Assembly: GCA_965216785.1 (NCBI GenBank)
Contig: OZ244197.1
Coordinates: 512,001 to 576,000 of the forward strand
Direction of reading: 5' to 3'
From: Thermodesulfobacteriota bacterium
Lineage (GTDB): Bacteria > Desulfobacterota_D > UBA1144 > Nemesobacterales > UBA2774
DNA length: 64,000 nt
Part shown: in pieces, positions 20,255 to 30,026 of the stretch
How positions within the stretch are numbered: the first letter of the stretch is position 1
Layout of the letters: each line of letters starts with the position of its first letter
Translations under genes and position numbers: made by a program
Notes under the pieces: generated by a model
Databases searched by the model: none
The model's input: the letters and a program-made list of their open reading frames with translations, nothing else
Told to the model about the DNA's origin: nothing

Positions 20255-22180
20255 CTACCGATTGGCGCAGAAGCCGAAATTCTGCGTGCCTCCCGGCTGA
20301 ACAGTATTGTTCCAGGACACACCTTCGGCTGTAACGATACCGCCGCTCTGTGTATATGTCGCGTTCCACATATTCCTTACAGTCCCGTCAATCGAAAACG
20401 ATACTATCCAGTCTTGAGGTGAAGAGCCCGAATTAGACACCGTTACCTGAGCGCAGTAACCCGATCCCCAGTCGTCATTGATGGCAACGGTTGCGGTAAC
20501 ATCCCCTCCGCCGGGAGGCGCATTAAACTCGTCGTCATCATTTGCGCTGCCGCACCCCGGGTCCGCGGGATAGTCCGTAAGACCGTCACTGTCGTTGTCT
20601 ATACCGTCAGAGCATGCGAACACAGGCGGGGGCGGTGTCGGCGCAGGAGTCGGAACAGGAGTAGGCTCCGGAGGTGCAGCGCGGTCCGCACAGAAGCCGA
20701 AATCCACCGAATTCCCCGGCGCTACCGTATTATTCCAGGACACTCCCTCTACCGTAACTTCATCCCCAGACTGTGAATACTCGGCATTCCACATATCCTT
20801 GACCGTTCCCTCAATACTAAAGCTAACCACCCAATCCTCTGTGCTGCTGCCGTTATTCGTAACCACTACCTGGGCGCAGTAACCCGATCCCCAGTCGTCG
20901 TTGATGGAGACAGAGGCTGTGACATCCCCTCCGCCGGGAGGCGCGTTAAACTCGTCATTGTCTGTTGCGGAGCTGCATCCCGGGTCGTCCGGATAATCTG
21001 TCAGACCGTCGCTGTCATTGTCGATGCCGTCAGAGCATGCGGCTACAGGAGGAGGCGGTGTAGGGGTGGGAGGAGGCACATTGCCGTCCATCAGCTGGCT
21101 CAGCAGCGCCACTTTATCGTCCCAAACACTCTGCCAATCGTCCTGTAGTATCCCGCCCGTGTCCCCGCTGTTCGGGTTCCACGACCAGTAAAAGAAGTTA
21201 GTCATCCCCTTCCCATCCATCCAGTTTATCAGGGCGTCCTGCCAAGTCTTGTCTCTTGGGTCACCGCCGTTTCCGTACCTGCCGCCGAACTCACCGATGA
21301 TGACCGCATAGCCCCTATCCACAAGATAGCCGAAATGCGTTTCCCAGATTGCGGGCATATTTCCCGGAAATCCGGAGTCGTTGAAGTAGGGCTGAACAAA
21401 AACGTCCGGTCCGTAAACGTGCGGGCTTAGTACGAGCTTATCCTCGGGAATATTGAGCGGAAAGCAAGAGAATGGTTCCAGATTTCCGCCCCACCAGTGC
21501 TGAATGGAGCCCGAGCACGTAGGGTTTTCCTGAACCCCCTGGACGAAGATCAAGATATTAGAGTTAACCGCGAGAACCTCAGAAGCCGCAAGCTCGGCTG
21601 CCCGTTTCCAGTCGGTTGCCGCATCTCCGGTGCCCCAGGTCGCGGGGCCGTGAGGCTCGTTTTTTATATCTATGGCAAAGAAACTCTCTATATTGCTATA
21701 TCTGTCCGCCAAGAATGTCAGGTCGTCTATCCAGTCCTGCTCGGAATAGCTCCCCGTGTACCATAACTCTTCGATAGTCTGACAGTCCGAAGTATGGTGA
21801 TCGAGGAGTATGTAAAACCCTTGCCTGTCGAGCTCCTCTACCACCTTGTCCATGATATCCAGAGACCCGAGTCCCTGAAGATCGGAGTTTGCCGAATAGT
21901 TTATGCTCGACGGTGTTACGTTGTCCAGAGTTCTGGGACAGAAAGGAAGTCTTATCGCCGTAAAGCCGAGCCCCTTAATCTGCTGAATCATATCCTTCCA
22001 GTTCCGGGCCCACAAACCGTGTACTACGTTATTATTGGTCTCAAAACCAAACCAGCTCACGCCGTACAGGTTTACTTCCTGAGCCTGCTCGTTAAATACC
22101 TTGCCGTCCTCGACGTAATAAGCCCGGACTGGCAACGTTATACAAACCAATACAAAAAACGCTGTAAGTACTAAGCGCAT
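20255..22180 (-). CDS. Secreted GH5 (subfamily 1-like) endoglucanase with two CBM2 modules
   Basis: Signal peptide; GVSWFGFET, IKNEPHG (acid/base), IGEFGG (nucleophile), YWSWNPNSGDTGGIL; Pro/Thr linkers; two DDWGSGYCAQV...WN...FGFCA CBM2 domains. Confidence 0.92.
   Translation of the reverse strand: MRLVLTAFFVLVCITLPVRAYYVEDGKVFNEQAQEVNLYGVSWFGFETNNNVVHGLWARNWKDMIQQIKGLGFTAIRLPFCPRTLDNVTPSSINYSANSDLQGLGSLDIMDKVVEELDRQGFYILLDHHTSDCQTIEELWYTGSYSEQDWIDDLTFLADRYSNIESFFAIDIKNEPHGPATWGTGDAATDWKRAAELAASEVLAVNSNILIFVQGVQENPTCSGSIQHWWGGNLEPFSCFPLNIPEDKLVLSPHVYGPDVFVQPYFNDSGFPGNMPAIWETHFGYLVDRGYAVIIGEFGGRYGNGGDPRDKTWQDALINWMDGKGMTNFFYWSWNPNSGDTGGILQDDWQSVWDDKVALLSQLMDGNVPPPTPTPPPPVAACSDGIDNDSDGLTDYPDDPGCSSATDNDEFNAPPGGGDVTASVSINDDWGSGYCAQVVVTNNGSSTEDWVVSFSIEGTVKDMWNAEYSQSGDEVTVEGVSWNNTVAPGNSVDFGFCADRAAPPEPTPVPTPAPTPPPPVFACSDGIDNDSDGLTDYPADPGCGSANDDDEFNAPPGGGDVTATVAINDDWGSGYCAQVTVSNSGSSPQDWIVSFSIDGTVRNMWNATYTQSGGIVTAEGVSWNNTVQPGGTQNFGFCANR
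20260..21040 (-). repeat. Intragenic tandem duplication (~423 bp) of a Cys/Asp module plus CBM2
   Basis: ACSDGIDNDSDGLTDYP.DPGC...DEFNAPPGGGDVTA.V.INDDWGSGYCAQV occurs twice; DNA acccgatccccagtcgtc at 20459 and 20882. Confidence 0.9.
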
Positions 22181-22208
22181 ATGTTATCCCCCTTGCTAAG
22201 GATTTATT

Positions 22209-22310
22209 TGACCTCTTTAGAACCCATGTTTAATAACTATAGCCGCGGTTTCCCGGACCGCGTCGAGAAGCAGAAAGCATTTGTTATCCGACACGTGTTC
22301 CCATAGGTCA
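22209..22310 (-). ncRNA. Putative structured 5'UTR (~100-nt imperfect hairpin) of the cellulase mRNA
   Basis: Nested stems UGACCU/AGGUCA, GGAAC/GUUCU, CGUGU/ACAUG, GAUAAC/GUUAUU, GCGGU/ACCGC; G-U pairs favour the minus-strand transcript. Confidence 0.5.
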
Positions 22311-22323
22311 GCTCTATAGATGG

Positions 22324-22338
22324 GCAATTTGAATGCCA
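22324..22338 (-). promoter_or_regulatory. sigma54 -24/-12 promoter of the cellulase gene
   Basis: Minus strand TGGCATTCAAATTGC (GG-N10-GC). Confidence 0.75.
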
Positions 22339-22421
22339 TAAAGCCGGAGTTTATAAAATCAAGTGATTTCAGACGCATAGGCAAATGATTGGTTAGAGAA
22401 ATAATATATATCGAGATAATA

Positions 22422-22460
22422 TGTGTAATAAAGCACACTCAGGTTGTGTCTATTAATACA
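22422..22460. promoter_or_regulatory. Tandem TGT-N10-ACA enhancer (bEBP UAS) sites
   Basis: TGTGTAATAAAGCACA (22422-22437) and TGTGTCTATTAATACA (22445-22460), 23 bp apart, ~85-120 bp upstream of the -24 box. Confidence 0.6.
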
Positions 22461-22546
22461 AGAGAGCATATTGCCAATATTAATAATAGTGATTCTGTTG
22501 AAGGAGATTCTTGACTCTTTATCGGGTTATAAAGTAATATCAGATT

Positions 22547-23257
22547 ATGAACGAGGCTTACGGCTCAGATGCAGATTCAATGAATTCAGACTCTCCTAAT
22601 ACCTTAAAAAAATATGAAGAAATACTGGAGCAAGACCCTTCCTCGTCCATTTTTGTGTTTCTTGCCCAGATTCTATATAAAGAAAATAAGCTCGAGCGGG
22701 CAATCGGTGTATTAATCAAGGGACTCAGATATAATAAAAATAATATCACAGGCCGGTTTCTGCTCGGCAAAATCTACTATGAGCGCTGGATGATAGAGCC
22801 CGCCAAAAAAGAGCTGGAGTCAGTATTCGGGCTCGCGCCGGACAACCTGGCGGCCGGAAAAATGCTGGTACAGATTTATAAGAGTGAGGAGAATTTTGAG
22901 AAGGCGCTTGAAGTTTTAAGGTTCGTTTATGAATTTCATCCCTCAGATACTTCAATACGCTCTGAGATAGAGGAGATCATAGAGGAATTGGGCTCTCAGC
23001 TGCCGGCCTCATGGCAGAACTTTTCAGCTCCTTCAGGGAGTACAAAGCACGAGACAGCCCGCTCAGACGGTGACGCTAAAGATACCGAGCTCCTGACTGA
23101 AACTATGGCCGATATATATATAAAGCAGGGAGACTATGATAAAGGTTTATCCGTGTTTCAAAAAATTTTAGAAAACGACCCGGAAAACAGTTCAGTAAGA
23201 AAAAAACTTGAGGAACACAGGATTAAGGTAATAAATAAAATTGCGGGATTAGGTTAA
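22547..23257 (+). CDS. Tetratricopeptide repeat protein
   Basis: TPR-like helices ([16 protein letters not shown]; LLGKIYY; [18 protein letters not shown]); upstream of aroQ. Confidence 0.8.
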   Translation: MNEAYGSDADSMNSDSPNTLKKYEEILEQDPSSSIFVFLAQILYKENKLERAIGVLIKGLRYNKNNITGRFLLGKIYYERWMIEPAKKELESVFGLAPDNLAAGKMLVQIYKSEENFEKALEVLRFVYEFHPSDTSIRSEIEEIIEELGSQLPASWQNFSAPSGSTKHETARSDGDAKDTELLTETMADIYIKQGDYDKGLSVFQKILENDPENSSVRKKLEEHRIKVINKIAGLG

Positions 23258-23276
23258 GAGGAGCGATAGAAAGAAA

Positions 23277-23711
23277 ATGAAAATACTAATAATTCACGGA
23301 CCGAATTTGAATATGCTCGGAAAGCGCGAGCCTGAGATTTACGGCGCTGATACTCTTAAAGACGTAAATTCGCAGATAGAGGCCTTAGCTAAGGAGCTCG
23401 GAGTTGAGGTCGGGTTTTTCCAATCAAACTCAGAAGGCGAGATAGTAAGCAGGATTCAGGACGCAGCCGCAGAGTATAAAGGGATAGTAATGAACCCGGG
23501 AGCATACACTCACACGAGCATTGCCATACGAGACGCGATCCTTTCATCAGGGCTTTTGGTGGTCGAGGTACATATTTCAAACGTGCATAAACGTGAGGAA
23601 TTCAGACACAAGTCCTATGTATCCGGAGTTGCCCTGGGTGTCGTATCGGGTTTTGGAATTGACAGCTATTTCCTGGGGCTAAGAGGACTTGTTAATCACC
23701 TTTCAGATTAA
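23277..23711 (+). CDS. aroQ: Type II 3-dehydroquinate dehydratase
   Basis: [32 protein letters not shown]. Confidence 0.97.
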   Translation: MKILIIHGPNLNMLGKREPEIYGADTLKDVNSQIEALAKELGVEVGFFQSNSEGEIVSRIQDAAAEYKGIVMNPGAYTHTSIAIRDAILSSGLLVVEVHISNVHKREEFRHKSYVSGVALGVVSGFGIDSYFLGLRGLVNHLSD

Positions 23712-23820
23712 CCCCGCTTACAGTAAATTCGCGCAACAAAGATTCCGTCTTTTTTACTGGCGAGTTAACGGCTATATTTACCTTTTTATATTACAATTCA
23801 GTACCGCCTATAAGTAGCCG

Positions 23821-25515
23821 ATGAAGACAAACTGGACGATAGAGAAACAAAACCCCAAACAAAGAGACAAGCTCTCTCAAAGCCTCGGAGTATCTTCGGT
23901 TACGGCTCAGATCCTATTAAACCGCGGAATAACAAACGAAGAGGAGGCGAATGTTTATTTAAACAGCACGCTTTTTGATTTACCTTCTCCTTATCTTATG
24001 TCGGGAATGGAAAAAGCCGTCGAGAGAATAAAAAACGCCCTTGGGCAGGGTGAGACCATTGCGATATACGGAGACTACGACGTAGACGGGGTTACATCAA
24101 CCGCGCTCTTTTACACTTTCCTCAAGAGCCTCGGGGCAAACGTAACTTACTATAACCCCGACAGGATAAAAGAGGGTTACGGAGTGAACATTGACGCTGT
24201 GAGAAAGCTGTCCGAAGAGGGGGTGACTCTAATAATTTCCGGAGACTGCGGTATCACCGCAGTTAGTGAAGTTGAGGAAGCTAAAAAGCTGGGTATAGAT
24301 TTTATTGTTACAGACCACCACCAGCCCCCCTCAGAGCTTCCTGACGCGATTTCTATTCTCAACCCCCAGCAGCCCTCTTGTAAATATCCGGCCAAGGAGA
24401 TTGCGGGCGTAGGCGTGATATTCAACCTCGCCATAGGCCTCAGAAGAGCGCTAAGAGACGAGGGGTTTTTTAAAGAAGGGGAACCGAACCTTGGAGACTT
24501 TCTCGATCTCGTGGCGCTCGGCACAGTGGCTGACTGCGCGCCGCTTAAGGAAGTAAACAGAATATTAGTCAAAGAAGGCATCAAGAGAATGCAAAGCCCC
24601 AAACGCATTGGTTTAAAGGCGCTTAAGGAAGCAAGCAGCATCAAGGGTGAAGTAAGCTCCTTTGACCTGGGGTTTAAGCTCGGCCCCCGCGTAAACGCTT
24701 CGGGCAGAATGGGCAGCGCCGCAAGCGCGGTCGAGCTGTTTATTTCTGATGACATCGAGAAAGCCCGCGAGCTTGCAAAGAAGCTCAGCCGTGAAAATTC
24801 TAATAGACAGAGCGTTGAAGCAGATATAACAGAGCAAGCCGTAGAGCAGATAGAATCAAACCCCGTATATCTGTCTTCAAACTCTATCGTGATCGCATCC
24901 CGCAATTGGCACTCGGGGATAATCGGCATAGTAGCTTCAAGGATTGTAGAGAAATATGACAAGCCGGCCATACTAATAGCAGTAGGAGAGGACGGCACGG
25001 GAAAAGGCTCGGGCAGAAGCGTAGAAGGGGTAAACATTTATCAAGCTCTGAGCGAATGCCGCGAGGTTTTGCTACAGTACGGCGGACACGAGCAGGCGGC
25101 GGGCATTTCGGTAAGAGAAGAGGATATTGAAAAATTCCGGGAGATGTTTAAGTTAGCTGTAGAAAGCGGCGCGGCGCGCAGGGGATCGGTTTTGAATATA
25201 GACTGCAGGGTCGAGCTTTCAGATATTTCAGAGGAATTAATCTCTGAGTTCGAGGCGCTTGAGCCCTTTGGCATAGGGAACCCCGAGCCTGTATTGTACG
25301 CCGAGGGGGTACAAGTCCAGTCTCAGCGCCTTCTTAAAGAAAAGCATCTCAGTCTCATTGTGAAGCAGGGGGACAAACCCCTTAGTGCGATATGGTTCAA
25401 TATGAAAGAGCCCCGTCTCTTGAAACAAGACAGAATTGATATAGTATTCACTCCTGAATTTAATAAATGGAACGGTAAAAAAGAGATACAGCTAAGAGTA
25501 AGAGATATAGATTGA
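23821..25515 (+). CDS. recJ: ssDNA-specific exonuclease RecJ
   Basis: GDYDVDG, TDHH, GTVAD, GSGRS, GGHEQAAG, PFGIGNPEP. Confidence 0.96.
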   Translation: MKTNWTIEKQNPKQRDKLSQSLGVSSVTAQILLNRGITNEEEANVYLNSTLFDLPSPYLMSGMEKAVERIKNALGQGETIAIYGDYDVDGVTSTALFYTFLKSLGANVTYYNPDRIKEGYGVNIDAVRKLSEEGVTLIISGDCGITAVSEVEEAKKLGIDFIVTDHHQPPSELPDAISILNPQQPSCKYPAKEIAGVGVIFNLAIGLRRALRDEGFFKEGEPNLGDFLDLVALGTVADCAPLKEVNRILVKEGIKRMQSPKRIGLKALKEASSIKGEVSSFDLGFKLGPRVNASGRMGSAASAVELFISDDIEKARELAKKLSRENSNRQSVEADITEQAVEQIESNPVYLSSNSIVIASRNWHSGIIGIVASRIVEKYDKPAILIAVGEDGTGKGSGRSVEGVNIYQALSECREVLLQYGGHEQAAGISVREEDIEKFREMFKLAVESGAARRGSVLNIDCRVELSDISEELISEFEALEPFGIGNPEPVLYAEGVQVQSQRLLKEKHLSLIVKQGDKPLSAIWFNMKEPRLLKQDRIDIVFTPEFNKWNGKKEIQLRVRDID

Positions 25516-25598
25516 TAGCTTAATAGAAAAGAAAATTTCGCGCTCTCAGGCTATATTTATGTAACATGAGATCGATAAAAAAATACGGAGGTAAATTA

Positions 25599-26483
25599 AT
25601 GGCTAAAAAACCCAATTTAGAAAACCTTAACTTTCTATACCCGATAATCATAATCGTGGTAATCATACTCGCCACGAGCGCATTTGTTATAGTAGACAGC
25701 GGCCATGTAGGCGTCATCAGGACACTCGGAGCGGTACAGCCCGAGCCACTGCCCGAAGGCTTCCATTTGAAAAAACCTTTTTTAGATAAGGTAGAGCAGA
25801 TTGATATAAGGCTTACCAAAGCGAAGTCAAAATCACAGGCTGCCTCAAAGGACCTCCAGACCGTGGAAACTCAGGTAACGGTGCAGTACTCGCTCTCGGG
25901 ACCTATTGCTCCACTAACTTATCAGAGGATCGGCAAACGTGACATAGTCGCCGCGACAGTCATCGAGCCCGCTATTCAGGAGTCCGTAAAAGCCGTCACG
26001 GCCCAGTACACGGCTGAACAGCTTGTGACAAAGAGAGCCGAGGTAAAACAGCAGATACAAAAAGCGATAGAAAACTTCATAGATGTTACGCTAAAAGACA
26101 AGAACGTCCCGACTGCGCTAAAAATCGCAAACGTTGCAATCACCGATTTTGAGTTTTCTGAAGAATTTAACAAGGCAATCGAGCTCAAGGTGAAAGCAGA
26201 GCAGGAAGCGCTTCAGGCACTTAACGAAAAGACAAAACGTGTTACGCAGGCCGAAGCCGGTTATCAGGAAAGAAAGCTCGCAGCGGACGGAGAGGCTTAT
26301 GAGATTGAGGCCGCGTCCAAAGCCAAGGCCGACGCTATCGCAAGAGAGGCTAAAGCCCTTAAAGATAACCCTCAGCTTATTCAGCTGCGATTAGCCGAGA
26401 AGTGGGACGGTACCCTGCCCAAGTTTACCGGGAGTGAGGCTATTCCACTGATTAACGTCGAGTCTCTTAAAACAGATAAGTAG
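25599..26483 (+). CDS. SPFH/prohibitin family membrane protein
   Basis: N-terminal TM, GHVGV..TLG, SKDLQTV, F.KAIE.K..AEQEA, KWDG.LP; start at ATG 25599 after GGAGGT. Confidence 0.88.
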   Translation: MAKKPNLENLNFLYPIIIIVVIILATSAFVIVDSGHVGVIRTLGAVQPEPLPEGFHLKKPFLDKVEQIDIRLTKAKSKSQAASKDLQTVETQVTVQYSLSGPIAPLTYQRIGKRDIVAATVIEPAIQESVKAVTAQYTAEQLVTKRAEVKQQIQKAIENFIDVTLKDKNVPTALKIANVAITDFEFSEEFNKAIELKVKAEQEALQALNEKTKRVTQAEAGYQERKLAADGEAYEIEAASKAKADAIAREAKALKDNPQLIQLRLAEKWDGTLPKFTGSEAIPLINVESLKTDK

Positions 26484-26555
26484 GGTTTGTATGCTCTATT
26501 TTCTCTAAGGTTTGTTACTCGGAGAATTATTTGTTTTGGAATATCGGGGGGCTGA

Positions 26556-29459
26556 TCAGTCCTCATAAGATTCTATAGGGGGACAGCTGCATACGAGGTT
26601 TCTGTCCCCGTACGGGTTATTAATCCTGCCCACAGGCGGCCAGAACTTATGCTCCTCCACATATGGGAGGGGATATAGCGCTTTTTTCCTGGAATATGGG
26701 TGTTTCCAATCCTCTATCAAGGCTTCCTTTGCAGTATGGGGGGCATTCTTAAGTACATTATCCAGCGGGTCTGAAGCGCCCTCGTTAATTTCCTCAATCT
26801 CTTTGTAAATAGATATAAGCGCGTCGCAGAATCTGTCGAGCTCATCCTTGGCTTCACTCTCGGTCGGCTCAATCATCATGGTCCCCGCGACAGGCCAAGA
26901 GACAGTAGGCGCGTGGAAACCGTAGTCCATGAGCCTTTTTGCAACGTCCTCTACGTCAACGCCGCAGTCCCGCTTAAAACGGCGGAGGTCCAATATAAAT
27001 TCATGCGCTACTCTTCCGTGCGAGCCTGAATACAGCACATCATAATACCCCTCCAGCTTCGACTTAAGGTAATTCGCGTTTAGTATCGCATACTCGGTAG
27101 CTTCCGTAACGCCGGTTTTGCCAAGGAGCTTAATATAGGCGTAAGAAACGAGTAAAATGCTCGCGCTCCCCCAGGGTGACGCCGATACCGATGATGATTG
27201 CCTGCCGTTTCCGGGGTCTATTACCGGGTGTCCGGGCAGATATGGTGTAAGATGCTCTGCAACACAGATCGGCCCCATCCCCGGACCTCCCCCGCCGTGA
27301 GGAATACTGAAGGTCTTATGGAGGTTAATATGACATACGTCGGCTCCGATTACGGCCGGGCTCGTCATACCCACCTGCGCGTTCATATTGGCGCCGTCCA
27401 TATATACCTGCCCGCCGTTATCATGAATGACAGAGCATATCTCCCTGACCCCTTCCTCAAATACACCATGAGTGGAGGGGTAAGTAATCATTAGAGCTGC
27501 CAGTGAATCCTTATGCGTCTGCGCTTTTTTCTTTAAGTCCTCTATGTCGATGTTACCGCGCTCGTCACAGCCCACCACTACAACGCGCATACCGGCCATG
27601 GCGGCGCTTGCGGGGTTTGTGCCGTGCGCGGAGGAAGGAATGAGAGTAACATTCCTGTTTTCGTCCCCTTTGTCTCTATAGTAGTCCCTGATGACCAAAA
27701 GCCCGGCGTATTCACCTTGGGCCCCTGAATTAGGCTGAAGTGATACGGAGTGAAGCCCTGTAATTTCAGCCAGAAACCCTTCAAGCTCTTTAAATATCTT
27801 GAGGTATCCGGCTGCTTGCTTTTTGGGTGCAAACGGGTGCAGCTTAGAAAACTCGGGCCAGGTAACTGGCAGCATTTCAGTTGTAGCGTTAAGTTTCATA
27901 GTGCATGAGCCCAGCGGTATCATCGAAGTCGTAAGCGACAAATCCTTACTCTCGAGTTTCCTGATGTAGCGGAGCATCTTTGTTTCACTGCGGTATCTTT
28001 CGAATACAGGATGTGTTAAAAAAGGGCTTGTGCGTTTGTGCTCATCGGGAAAATCAGCCGAGAATTCCTTGAAGATTTTATCAAAACGAGTGAAGTCATA
28101 CTCGCTGTTATTCAGCGCGGAGAAAATGCGAAGGAGTTTTTTGACATCGTCTGACTCGGTTGTCTCATCGATCGATATCCCTATGTGTTTTTTATCTATA
28201 TATCTGAAATTAATGCCTTCTGACTCCGATAGAAGTCTTATTTTCTCAATTGCTTTTTTAGCCTCTTTCCCCATATTGACCTTGAGCGTGTCGAAGTAGG
28301 CGCTATTCACCTGCTTATAACCCATGTCCCCCAGCTCTCTTTCTATGAAGCTGGCTGTAGAGTGTATTCTTGCAGCAATAGAGCGCAGACCGTCTCCCCC
28401 GTGGTATACGGCGTACATGCCGGCCATGATGGCCAGGAGCGCCTGCGCCGTGCAGATGTTTGATGTGGCTTTTTCCCGTCGAATATGCTGCTCCCTAGTT
28501 TGAAGCGCCATCCTGTATGCAGGGTCCCCGTTTGAATCTACAGAGACGCCGATAATACGCCCCGGCACCTGTCGCATGTAGCTTTCATGGGTTGCGAAGT
28601 ATGCCGCGTGCGGACCCCCGTAGCCCATCGGAACGCCGAACCTCTGAGCGGAGCCTAGAACTACGTCAGCCCCGAATTCTCCCGGGGGAGTGAGAAGCGT
28701 GAGGCTTAGTAAATCGGCGGCTACAGCAACTAGGATCCCGTTATTGTGCGCCTTTTCCACAAAGCCCGAATAATCGTCAATCTCACCCTCAGAGCCGGGA
28801 TACTGAAGCAGCGCTCCAAAATAGTCGGTATTAAAATCAAACTTTTTGTGGTCCCCAATTGTTAGCTCAATCCCAAGCGGCTCTGCCCTTGTCTTTAGTA
28901 CGTCTATAGTCTGGGGGAAGCATCTCTCAGACACAAAGAATTTTCGCCTGTCTTCTTTTTTATGCTGACCCGCGCTGACGCGGTGGAGCATCGTCATAGC
29001 CTCAGCCGCGGCACTCGCTTCGTCAAGTAAAGAAGCGTTTGCTATTTCCATCTTTGTAAGGTCTATAACAAGGGTCTGAAAATTAATCAGCGCTTCGAGG
29101 CGGCCCTGCGATATCTCGGCCTGATACGGAGTGTACTGGGTATACCAGCCGGGGTTTTCAAATATATTGCGCTGAATAACGCCCGGAGTAATACAGTCAT
29201 AGTATCCAAGCCCGATGTAGGATTTATATACCTTGTTTCTTTTCGCGGTCTTCTTAAGCTCCTCTAAGAATTTATACTCACTTAAAGGTTCGGGCAGCTT
29301 AAGAGGCTTATTAAGTCTGATAGATGAAGGGACAGTTTGGTCTATAAGACCGTCAAGTGAATCGACGCCCACAGACTCGAGCATCGACTCAGTCTCCGAT
29401 TCACCCGGGCCGAGATGCCTCTTGGAAAATAAATTATATCCGTTGGGATTATTTTTCAT
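26556..29459 (-). CDS. gcvP: Glycine dehydrogenase (decarboxylating), single-chain P protein
   Basis: [29 protein letters not shown] (PLP Lys), [17 protein letters not shown]. Confidence 0.97.
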   Translation of the reverse strand: MKNNPNGYNLFSKRHLGPGESETESMLESVGVDSLDGLIDQTVPSSIRLNKPLKLPEPLSEYKFLEELKKTAKRNKVYKSYIGLGYYDCITPGVIQRNIFENPGWYTQYTPYQAEISQGRLEALINFQTLVIDLTKMEIANASLLDEASAAAEAMTMLHRVSAGQHKKEDRRKFFVSERCFPQTIDVLKTRAEPLGIELTIGDHKKFDFNTDYFGALLQYPGSEGEIDDYSGFVEKAHNNGILVAVAADLLSLTLLTPPGEFGADVVLGSAQRFGVPMGYGGPHAAYFATHESYMRQVPGRIIGVSVDSNGDPAYRMALQTREQHIRREKATSNICTAQALLAIMAGMYAVYHGGDGLRSIAARIHSTASFIERELGDMGYKQVNSAYFDTLKVNMGKEAKKAIEKIRLLSESEGINFRYIDKKHIGISIDETTESDDVKKLLRIFSALNNSEYDFTRFDKIFKEFSADFPDEHKRTSPFLTHPVFERYRSETKMLRYIRKLESKDLSLTTSMIPLGSCTMKLNATTEMLPVTWPEFSKLHPFAPKKQAAGYLKIFKELEGFLAEITGLHSVSLQPNSGAQGEYAGLLVIRDYYRDKGDENRNVTLIPSSAHGTNPASAAMAGMRVVVVGCDERGNIDIEDLKKKAQTHKDSLAALMITYPSTHGVFEEGVREICSVIHDNGGQVYMDGANMNAQVGMTSPAVIGADVCHINLHKTFSIPHGGGGPGMGPICVAEHLTPYLPGHPVIDPGNGRQSSSVSASPWGSASILLVSYAYIKLLGKTGVTEATEYAILNANYLKSKLEGYYDVLYSGSHGRVAHEFILDLRRFKRDCGVDVEDVAKRLMDYGFHAPTVSWPVAGTMMIEPTESEAKDELDRFCDALISIYKEIEEINEGASDPLDNVLKNAPHTAKEALIEDWKHPYSRKKALYPLPYVEEHKFWPPVGRINNPYGDRNLVCSCPPIESYED

Positions 29460-29618
29460 TTATATCTACACAGGAAATATTGTCTATTTTTACGGAAAGG
29501 TAAGAATTACGAATGTGAATATATTAATGCCGACATTAAGATTGTGATATTGTACCCGACTTGCAGCGGTTTAGTCTTCCCTGTTTTCATGTTTAACTTG
29601 TCTTAATCTTTTTCGGAC

Positions 29619-30014
29619 CTAATCTTCCATTTCATTTTCTACATGCTCAGTGTAACTTGTGCTTTCCATCAAACCCTTAAGCTCGTCCGGGTCGTAGGGT
29701 TTTACTTTGATCATCCAGCCCTCGCCGTAAGGGTCCTCGTTTATAGTTTCAGGCGCATCAAGAAGAGCCTCATTTACCTCCATCACGTCACCGCTGATCG
29801 GCGCGTAGAGATCCGACACGGCCTTTGTCGATTCTACCGCCCCGAAAGGATCGCCTTTGGTAATTTCATCCCCCTCGCTCGGAAGCTCTATATATACAAT
29901 TTCCCCAAGAGAGTCCTGGGCATAGTCGGAAATGCCGATTATCAACAAATCTCCTTCTTCCATTACCCATTCGTGATCGTTCGTATATTTTAATTCAGCA
30001 GGTATCTGAACCAT
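29619..30014 (-). CDS. gcvH: Glycine cleavage H protein
   Basis: HEWV, GISDYAQ, VESTKAVSD (lipoyl Lys), PYGEGW. Confidence 0.96.
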   Translation of the reverse strand: MVQIPAELKYTNDHEWVMEEGDLLIIGISDYAQDSLGEIVYIELPSEGDEITKGDPFGAVESTKAVSDLYAPISGDVMEVNEALLDAPETINEDPYGEGWMIKVKPYDPDELKGLMESTSYTEHVENEMED

Positions 30015-30026
30015 GATACATTCTCC

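Noticed and set aside
22209-22310. SRP RNA, 6S RNA or c-di-GMP riboswitch
   Set aside because: Lacks the SRP CAGG...GGAA...AGCA helix-8 motif on the G-U-favoured strand, is too short for 6S, and has no c-di-GMP-I GCAAA/GAAA core
22217-22438. 73-aa ORF upstream of the cellulase
   Set aside because: Spans the promoter, UAS and structured leader; no SD and no recognisable protein features
24177-25037. 286-aa antisense ORF
   Set aside because: Lies entirely opposite recJ with Ser-rich shadow composition; the same applies to the many short antisense ORFs over dcw, gcv, nuo and kef genes
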